Sequence record: NC_061441.1
Length of the DNA stretch: 64,000 nt
Strand: one strand, 5' to 3'
Shown: piece by piece, positions 18,578 to 26,600 of the stretch
How positions within the stretch are numbered: position 1 is the first letter of the stretch
Layout of the letters: every line of letters begins with the position of its first letter
Made by a program: the position numbers and the translations under genes
Notes under the pieces: generated by a model
Seen by the model: the letters and a program-made list of their open reading frames with translations, nothing else
What the model was told of the DNA's origin: nothing
The model's database searches: none

Positions 18578-21500
18578 TTCTTACCAATCCCCTTAAGTGC
18601 GGAACGGAGCATCGACTTACTGATTTTGATTTTCTTAGGAGCACCATCACCCATCGCAGCCGCTGCTTTCTTAGCTTTCTCGTCTGCTTCGTATTTCTCA
18701 AAGGTTTTGATGTTCTTCGGAAGTTCGGCAAGCCACTCTTTGATGTTCTTCTTGTCCTTGTTGGTGAGTGGATTGACCTTGTCCATCGACCGAATCTTAA
18801 TGTCGTTGGCCCAAAGTTGTTTCTTCATCCAATCGGACATAAGGTGATACTGGTCCTGCATGATGCTGTCAGTCACCTTATCAACATCGAGGTCCTTCTC
18901 ACCAAGCTCATCACGTTTGACGATCAGACCATCACGGATGAGTTTCTTGAGTTGAACGTAAGAGAAGTTCCAACCCTGTACGTCTTTCTCCGATGCACCG
19001 ATTTCAAAGTCAATCTCAGGCACGGATGTGAACGCAAATCCTTCGTGGCGTTTCTGTACGACTTCGACCACTGCGCTGGTCATCGCACGTTCGATCATAT
19101 CGAGCGCAAGGAAGATCCATTTATAATCGCAGTCAACAGTCAAGGAGTCGTGTACCGATACGTTCATATCGAAGTCAGGGTACTCACCATTCGCTTTGAA
19201 GTAGTCATACTTCATACGGTCCAGAATACGAATCGCACTCATCATCAAGTCAGAACCGAAACCCTGTACTGGACTGTTTACCGCACGACGGTCACAAGCG
19301 GCATGAACCATGTTCGCTTCTTTGTGTGACTCAGGCAGCATCAGGCCCCAGAGATGACGACGACGACCGACTGGCGATTCGACATAGAAGTTCTCGTGTG
19401 CAAACTTCTTGATCTTGTCGAACCATTTTAAGCCAACAGGGAAACGAGTAAGGAACTTGCCTTTGATTTCGGCAATCTCTTTCACGTCACGACCAGTAGA
19501 CTTCGCAAGACCTTTATCGCCCTGCTGATAGATCAGACCGAAGATTACGGTCTTAACCGCGTTACGTACGGACTTGGTTACGTCCATTACGTTTGGAATA
19601 CCGAAGAAGTATGCGGCGTTGATTTTGTGAACGTCACCTTCTGCTTCGACGCGGTGCTCGATCCACGGGTCAGGTACTGTACGGAAACGATGACGTAACT
19701 TACGGCCTTGCTCGAATACGTCTGCAACGCCTTGGTCACCTGAGATGATCGACCAGCCCCTTACTTCGTGGGCTGAGTAGTCGACCTTGATTAGTAAACG
19801 GTTCTTACGCGCAATCAAGATACGCTTGATCAGTTTACCCATCTCACTACGGCTCGGTACCTGTTGCAAGTTCGGGTCAGACGCTGAGGTACGACCCGTT
19901 ACAACTCCAAGATAACCATACGTCGGTCGGATTGATCTATCGTGTTTGAAGTCTTCCGATTCGCCCCAGAGTTTAAGCAAGCTGTTAACGTAGGCGTTCT
20001 TGAGCTTGTACGCTTTTCCGAGTTTCGAGTAGAGAGCAACAAGCGGTATATCTGCATACGCCGCTTGGAAGTCCTTGTCCAGCTTGCCCGTCTTCTTACC
20101 GTTCTCACGTAGCTGTTCCCCTTCTTTCAGAGGCTTGAGTTTCATCACGTCGAAGAACAGGATTTGCTTATGCTCTGACTTCGACATATCGAACTTCGTG
20201 ACCTCGACTTTGCCCATAAGACCCATCTTAGGAACATTGTCGTCTTTGCAGATCAGTTTGTTCGCAGCCTTAACTTCAGGGCTGTTCATGAACTCACGCT
20301 CTACGTTTCGAATCTCCTCGTTAATAGGAGAGTTTGGCAGGTTGAGCTTAAACAGGTAGTCGATATCAGCACCAGCGCCTGTCGTCTCCAGAATCGAGAA
20401 CGCATGAATCTGGTCGGAGATTTGCTCACTGACCATAGACTCATATTTGGCATACTTGATATCGTTGGCTCGCTTGAGTTGTTGCTCTGCGATGCGGAAC
20501 GGAACGATAACGTCGAGGCCAGCATATTCCTGAACACTTTCGTCCAAGTCAACGTCGGCAATCGTCGCTCGCATCTCTTTACCGAACGATACTTCATGAT
20601 ACACCTGACAGCCGTACTGCATCGTCAGGTTCGCTAAGTTGTAATAACCAGCGCCCGTAACGTTAAGCAATGACTTGGCGTTCTCATCGTTCGCAAACTC
20701 ACCAGCCTGAATATCCCACACGTTCGCGGCGTAACTACGAATGCCAAAGTTGGAGCGCATTACGTTTAGGTCGAACTTCGCGTTGGTGTAGATTTGATAC
20801 TTGTTCGAGTTCTCCTCAAAGAAGTCTTTGAATAGCTCACGAACCTTGCGCAGTTCTTTCGGACTGAATGGACTGTCGCGGTGATAAATAGGAATGACAT
20901 ATGCCTTCTGACCGTCATCCGATAACTGCACCGTTAAGATTTTATTCTTGATACGGTTCAGGTTCTCGGTTTCGGTATCGACTGCAACCTTCTTGGCGCG
21001 CTTCATACGCTTCAAGATTTTCTCAAGTTGCTTGACCTTCGTTACATACACGAGGTCCCAGTTACGCTTCTTACCACACGTAACCTCTGCGATCTTATAG
21101 CGCATCCCCTTGTTAAGCCACGGCAACATCCAGCGAGCCATGTAGCCGAGCGTGTACGATGAACCAGCAATGTGCATCGGGTTTAGAACGGTGTGATAGC
21201 TAACGTTCGGCAGATGGACGAAGCTGTGTTTCTTCGAACCATGTTTGACCTTCGTCGGTATCTCAACACCGTACCAGTGCTCATAGTGATCTTTCGAGAA
21301 CTGAATCTTCTCGTTGTTCAGCGCTTTGAACGGCGCCTTACCAAACGTCAGCACGTAGTCAGGTTTGTAGTCTACAATGATTTCCCGAATACGGTCAGCG
21401 AACGCGGCATCGGCATCTTCCTTAAACTGTTCACCCTTGTCATAGGTCTTGAACATGTTGTACGAGACAACGAGGAAGTTCCAATCGTCGAGAGTCGTCT

Positions 21501-21741
21501 TGGTCGGAAACGTATCTTCAAGATACTGAATCTGGTTTAGAAACAACTCACCTTCTGTCGAAGTAAAGATTCTGCCGCTACGCAGATCTTCGGTCGGCAT
21601 ATGATCGAGGACGAGAAGTGCTTTGCCACCTTTAGCGCTTTTACTTACGCTTTTCAAAAGTCGAACGCCATCGTAGGTCTGCATGTCTGCAAACTGTTCA
21701 GGCGGATCGAAGTCGAGGGATATAAACTTTGGTTTTTCCAC
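18574..21741 (-). CDS. polA: family A DNA polymerase with N-terminal uracil-DNA-glycosylase-like domain and 3'-5' exonuclease
   Basis: Exo VAVDTET; TGRTSASDPNLQQVP; motif A VDYSAHEVR; motif B RNAVKTVIFGLIY; motif C VSVHDSL; N-terminal KPDYVLTFGKAP similar to family-4 UDG. Confidence 0.95.
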   Translation of the reverse strand: MEKPKFISLDFDPPEQFADMQTYDGVRLLKSVSKSAKGGKALLVLDHMPTEDLRSGRIFTSTEGELFLNQIQYLEDTFPTKTTLDDWNFLVVSYNMFKTYDKGEQFKEDADAAFADRIREIIVDYKPDYVLTFGKAPFKALNNEKIQFSKDHYEHWYGVEIPTKVKHGSKKHSFVHLPNVSYHTVLNPMHIAGSSYTLGYMARWMLPWLNKGMRYKIAEVTCGKKRNWDLVYVTKVKQLEKILKRMKRAKKVAVDTETENLNRIKNKILTVQLSDDGQKAYVIPIYHRDSPFSPKELRKVRELFKDFFEENSNKYQIYTNAKFDLNVMRSNFGIRSYAANVWDIQAGEFANDENAKSLLNVTGAGYYNLANLTMQYGCQVYHEVSFGKEMRATIADVDLDESVQEYAGLDVIVPFRIAEQQLKRANDIKYAKYESMVSEQISDQIHAFSILETTGAGADIDYLFKLNLPNSPINEEIRNVEREFMNSPEVKAANKLICKDDNVPKMGLMGKVEVTKFDMSKSEHKQILFFDVMKLKPLKEGEQLRENGKKTGKLDKDFQAAYADIPLVALYSKLGKAYKLKNAYVNSLLKLWGESEDFKHDRSIRPTYGYLGVVTGRTSASDPNLQQVPSRSEMGKLIKRILIARKNRLLIKVDYSAHEVRGWSIISGDQGVADVFEQGRKLRHRFRTVPDPWIEHRVEAEGDVHKINAAYFFGIPNVMDVTKSVRNAVKTVIFGLIYQQGDKGLAKSTGRDVKEIAEIKGKFLTRFPVGLKWFDKIKKFAHENFYVESPVGRRRHLWGLMLPESHKEANMVHAACDRRAVNSPVQGFGSDLMMSAIRILDRMKYDYFKANGEYPDFDMNVSVHDSLTVDCDYKWIFLALDMIERAMTSAVVEVVQKRHEGFAFTSVPEIDFEIGASEKDVQGWNFSYVQLKKLIRDGLIVKRDELGEKDLDVDKVTDSIMQDQYHLMSDWMKKQLWANDIKIRSMDKVNPLTNKDKKNIKEWLAELPKNIKTFEKYEADEKAKKAAAAMGDGAPKKIKISKSMLRSALKGIGKK

Positions 21742-21779
21742 CAGCTAGTCCTATCAATGTCTCACAATGTGATGGCAGT

Positions 21780-21788
21780 TATTTACAG
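21780..21788 (-). promoter_or_regulatory. class 1 motif CTGTAAATA
   Basis: 39 nt upstream of the polymerase start, just after a terminator. Confidence 0.6.
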
Positions 21789-21800
21789 ATTTTAGAAACG

Positions 21801-21827
21801 AAAAAGGGCACCCTAAGGCACCCTTTT
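21801..21827 (-). terminator. intrinsic terminator
   Basis: GGGUGCC-UUAG-GGUGCCC plus U5. Confidence 0.7.
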
Positions 21828-21830
21828 AGA

Positions 21831-23018
21831 TTAAAGTTTACGCAGACCTTTCTTAATGGCCGCTTGCGCTTGAGCCGCTGTAGGGTCTTTCGTCGCAAAC
21901 AGTTCGATAACGTTCTTGATTGATTCCAGCTCACCCAGATGAATCTGAACGTTCTGCACTTTCTTCAAGTGGTCACCGATGAACGTCATCAGCCATCCCT
22001 TCTGCTTCATAACGACGGAAACTTCCAGACCCTTATACTCGAAGGAGAACTGGTTGCCCGTAGTACGAAGCAGTTTAGCAGCGCCCGGTGTAGGCTCAAC
22101 AGCACGGATGAACTTCGGCGCGTACTTGCTGGCTGTCTGAGTACGCAATACTGAGTAAGCAGGGTCGAATGCCACAGCACCCGCAGTCACAGTCGCAGCT
22201 TTCTTACCTTTCGCGCCTGGCGTACCGACTTTGCCGACCAGCTTAGTGATTGCAGCAGCGAAAGCAGCAGGCGTAGGACGACGCAATTCCTGCCCGATTA
22301 CAATACCACCAGTGTTGGTAGTAGCGCCGATATGCCATGAAGTCGAACGCTCGTACTCATGGAACTCATACGGTGGGTCGATATGAATCTCACGGTAGCG
22401 GGCGTTAGGGTTTGCAGCACTGAACGTCCAGTCAGACGACTGACCATTGCTTGGTGTGTGCTCGCCAACAAACGTCAGGCCTGTTGCTTCTGACAACGCG
22501 GCTGCAATAGAATCAATCTGCGTCTGCGTCACGTTGTTCATGAACTTAGGACCGATACGTGCGAGATCGATCTTAGGCAGAGAGGCATTCTGATTAACAC
22601 GCTGCGCTACGACTTTGGCAGGCTTGGTGCCTGTATCGCCTTTAGTTTTAGCGACACGCTGAGGCTTGACAGCGGCTTTGGCCGTATCGTTCGGAGCAGT
22701 CACTTTGATCTTGATTGCACGAAGACCATTGATGGTAGCCACCAGCGTCTTCGCCTTGTACAGGTTCTTGATCGCAGTGACTGCATTTTTACCAGCAGCC
22801 TTCTTCACAAACGCGTTGGTCGCTTCGGTATCTTTCAGGATATCGAGAATGGCTTCGAGCTTAGACGTGTCCAGCTCTTTGATTTTTACCAGCTCGTCGA
22901 TACGCTTGATCAGCACTTTGGCGTTCTTACCAAAGAGGATTTCTGCATTAGCGACCTGAGCTTTGGTGGCAGCAGAGACAGACACCACTGCACCACTGTT
23001 CATTGTCATTTCGTACAT
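21831..23018 (-). CDS. basic Ala/Lys-rich protein with N-terminal SVSA tag, probable internal virion protein
   Basis: 395 aa; VVSVSAATK near the N-terminus; composition. Confidence 0.5.
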   Translation of the reverse strand: MYEMTMNSGAVVSVSAATKAQVANAEILFGKNAKVLIKRIDELVKIKELDTSKLEAILDILKDTEATNAFVKKAAGKNAVTAIKNLYKAKTLVATINGLRAIKIKVTAPNDTAKAAVKPQRVAKTKGDTGTKPAKVVAQRVNQNASLPKIDLARIGPKFMNNVTQTQIDSIAAALSEATGLTFVGEHTPSNGQSSDWTFSAANPNARYREIHIDPPYEFHEYERSTSWHIGATTNTGGIVIGQELRRPTPAAFAAAITKLVGKVGTPGAKGKKAATVTAGAVAFDPAYSVLRTQTASKYAPKFIRAVEPTPGAAKLLRTTGNQFSFEYKGLEVSVVMKQKGWLMTFIGDHLKKVQNVQIHLGELESIKNVIELFATKDPTAAQAQAAIKKGLRKL

Positions 23019-23027
23019 TGCTGTTCC

Positions 23028-23582
23028 TTATCGCTTCTTGGTCCAGTTGGAGTTCTGCTTAGGCTGCTGGTTATTTGCAGGCGCTGGTGCAGGCGTGTTG
23101 TCGTCCTCAATGTCATCTTCTTCATCGTCGATGACTTCTTCTTTTTCAGGCTCAGGCGCTTTCACCTGAGTGTTGAGGACAGATGCTGCGAGTGGTGCTT
23201 GCTGCACTGTATTTACAGTAGCAACAGGCTCTTGCACTGCGGCAGTACGCGCAACAGCAGCTTCACCTACAGCGTGTTCACGGACCATATCAACAGTGAC
23301 CAATTGACCTTTCTCTTTCAAGATCTCATCGGCGCGAGCTTGATCCCACTTGTCCCAAAGAATGTCGAGGCCTTTGTGCATGTAGTTCATGCCGGCAGGG
23401 AGTTTACCACGACCGTTGAAAGGCAGACCGTTCGAAGGAGTAGCTGGCTCGAACTCGTCCATCATCTCCCACTTACGTTTTGCTTCAATACACTTAGGGC
23501 CCCAGACACCGTCACACAGACCATCATAGAGTCCCATCATGGTCATGATAAGCTGGAGCTTCTGGTAGAATTTATTGAGCAT
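23028..23582 (-). CDS. protein with N-terminal peptidoglycan-binding-like domain and low-complexity tail
   Basis: QKLQ...MGLYDGLCDGVWGPKC matches the PG_binding_1 pattern (Q..L...G...DG.fGp.t). Confidence 0.55.
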   Translation of the reverse strand: MLNKFYQKLQLIMTMMGLYDGLCDGVWGPKCIEAKRKWEMMDEFEPATPSNGLPFNGRGKLPAGMNYMHKGLDILWDKWDQARADEILKEKGQLVTVDMVREHAVGEAAVARTAAVQEPVATVNTVQQAPLAASVLNTQVKAPEPEKEEVIDDEEDDIEDDNTPAPAPANNQQPKQNSNWTKKR

Positions 23583-23604
23583 TATGTTTTCCTTGCGGCA
23601 AATG

Positions 23605-23623
23605 AAAGGGGCCGAAGCCCCTT
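23605..23623 (-). terminator. intrinsic terminator
   Basis: AAGGGGC-UUCG-GCCCCUUU. Confidence 0.7.
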
Positions 23624-23629
23624 ATCTGA

Positions 23630-26600
23630 TTACACTGCCTTGTTCTTGGTAGTGGTCAGTTTCAGACGGTCAAGAGCCGTCGTCAACTTCTTGATGTTCG
23701 TGATGTTGTAGCCTGCTTTCACGATCTTGTTGATACGTGCTTTCGCAGTAGCGACATTCTTCACGAAGCCAATCCACATGCCTGGCGACACATCGAAGGT
23801 ACCAAACTTACGAGTGTTCGGAATCTTCGTACCGACGAAACGTTTCATCTGCGGGTTAGTGTTCAGGTCGAACATGATACGCAGACGATCTTCCATTACC
23901 ATCGGGTATGCCTTGACGTGTTTCTTATCAGAGGCTGCCTTGTGACGAATCAGGAAGAACTGTTTCAACTGCTCCTGAGCTTTCAACGCCAGTTTGATGT
24001 TGAAGCCCATACGCGGCGTAGACTCGTCGAAGAAGTCCAGCACGAACTCCAAGCGCTTCTCGGAAGGCTTGTCGAATGCCAGTTTCTTCTTAACCTCAAT
24101 GAAGTCGAGCATCTTCTCGAAGTCTTCATAGTAGGCACAGTCGTAATACACGTAGTCACCGAACTCCACGAAGTCGAATGCCTTGAGGGCTTTCGCATCC
24201 GGGTCGGTAGCGTTCGCGTAAATAGCCACGAAGCCGTTGTACACGGTAGGCGTCAGTTCGAGCGCCATGTCTGCACCAGTCGCTTCTTCGACAGCGGCAG
24301 CAACAGGTTTCTTACGACGAGTCGTGTTGTCCAACACAGGCAGATCAGCAGGCTTACGACGACGAACACGGCCAGCAGCCTCAGCAACACCTTCGTTGAT
24401 TGGCTTACCTTCTGCTTTGTTCGTAGCACGTTGTTTGGCGCGAGCGGTCTTACGCGCTACAGCCACAACCTTCTTCTCTGTCTCAACGGTATCGGCAGTT
24501 TCTGTCTCGTCCTTAATCGTATCTTCAATTTCAATACGATTCGCTTCGGCCGTAGCACGTTTGCGATCTTTCTCGTTCGCCCACGGTTTACGCGCTTCGA
24601 AGAACTTCTTGAGATCAGCCTTGTCGACCTTAGTTGCGATGTGAACTTTGTTGGCAGAAATGCTAACAGTTTCACCTGTACCCGCCAGACGCACACGCAC
24701 CGTGCTGATAGGACTATCTGCACGGAGTTTGCCGTCAACTGTACGCGCAGTCACAGACACGATAACACCATTGCCGTACTCAGTAACGACAGGTGCACGG
24801 TTCAGAGAATCTTTCAGGTTCTCACCGTTCGTGAAGTTGCGGTTACGTGTCCAGTCCAGCAGACGCTCCAGACCCCAGCCGTAGCGATCAGGAATCTTCT
24901 GGTTGGCAACAAACGGAGTCTGCTCCATAACACGGAAGTCGTTCAGCGCCGGCGTAGCGGGTAGTGCCTGCATAGCCGCAACAGTCGTCTTACGCATCTC
25001 ATGGAATTCCTGAGACTCGATTTCGTTCAGGTCGCGCTTGGCAAAGAAGTACTGGGCGAAGTCTTCCATCGTGTTGTTGTCGATGAGCAGTTTCGCGCTC
25101 ATCTTGATCGGGTCCAGTTTGTACTGATCGAGTGCTTCGTAACGCTGGTTGCCCTTCTCATCAAAGCGCGTTTTCTCCAGTGTCTTCCACATCAGACGAG
25201 CGACCTTACCAACTTCAAGGGTCTTGTTCGTCATTACCCAGTCAATGAACACAACCTCACGAGCCATGTCGCCGGGCTTACCGTTCTCGTCCAACTTCGC
25301 AGCAGCAACGTCAGGACGGAAGATACGCGCAGTAGACTGATCGTAAGTACCCGGTGACCACGGAGTATCGCAGCGGATGATACGGCTACCCATCTGCATG
25401 TTGTGGCCTTCGGAGATTGCCTGTTCGTTCGCAATCAGAATCTGGACGTTGTTGTCCGTTTTGAATGCGTCGAGGTTAGCGTCTTTGTTCTGGCCCAGCT
25501 TACCAACTTCACCGTGATACACTACAGCAACTTTCTTGTAGTTCTCAGGCAGAGCGTTGTAGATAGCGTTAGCCGCACGAACGTAGCGCGTGAAGACAAT
25601 CAGCTTGCCCTGCACCTCTGGTTTCCAGTAGTCCGGATCGTCCGGAGGCGGAACCATTGAAGGCGGTAAGGCTTGACGTTTGTACTCTTCGGACTGCTTA
25701 CGTGCCAGATACTTCTGACCGTTGTAGACAGCAATGTCCAGTTCACGAGGAGTAACGCCTGGCTTCCAGTCGAAGATCTGCTGTTCACCAACCATCGGGT
25801 CACGTTCAGGCTGCACTTCGAAGTGCTTCTTGATACGGTCGATAATGGTCAGCACTTTCGCAGATACGAAGTTGGTAACACCAGCGGCTTCAAACGTCAG
25901 ACGTGCAACGTCATCACCCATCGGGTCAGTCAACATCATTTCCATACGCTGGAAGTACATGTTCAGGTCGGCGTTACCTGCAAGCAGTGCGCCCAGGTCA
26001 TCACCTTCCTCGATATCGTCTTCGTCAATGTCGGAAGCGTTATCATCAGCGCCACCAGCATCATCGTCTTCGTCATCGTTACCAGCAGAGGCTTTGCGTT
26101 TCGCAGCGTTGGCCGCGTCTTGCAATTTCTCCAGCACCTGTTCGTACATCGCGTTATACACCTCTTGGTGCAGCGCAGAGTTAGGAACAGACGGGTCATC
26201 GATCTCAACCTGAATGAAGGTGTCAATCGGGTTAGGCAGCATGAACGCCCAGTGCTTACGCTTGAACGAGATGAATGCAGTGTGGTTCGCCATACGAGAG
26301 TGAGCACGACGAATCATTTCGATATCGTCTTTCGCACCATCATACGCAACATCCAGTGAGTCACCGAACATTGCAGGCGTCATCAGCGCGGCCTGACCAA
26401 CGATATCACGCACACGGTCCGTTACCAGCGTACCAGTAGCGATACGAGCATAGCGAACGGACGGAGCAGTGAATACCGCTTTGGTGTTGAAGTGAACCTG
26501 CGAGCCAGCCTGACCACCAGAGAAGTTCTTCACTTTATGCGACTCATCGAGCAGCACATAGCTGAAACGGAAGCGGTTAACGAACTCTACAGCACCACGC

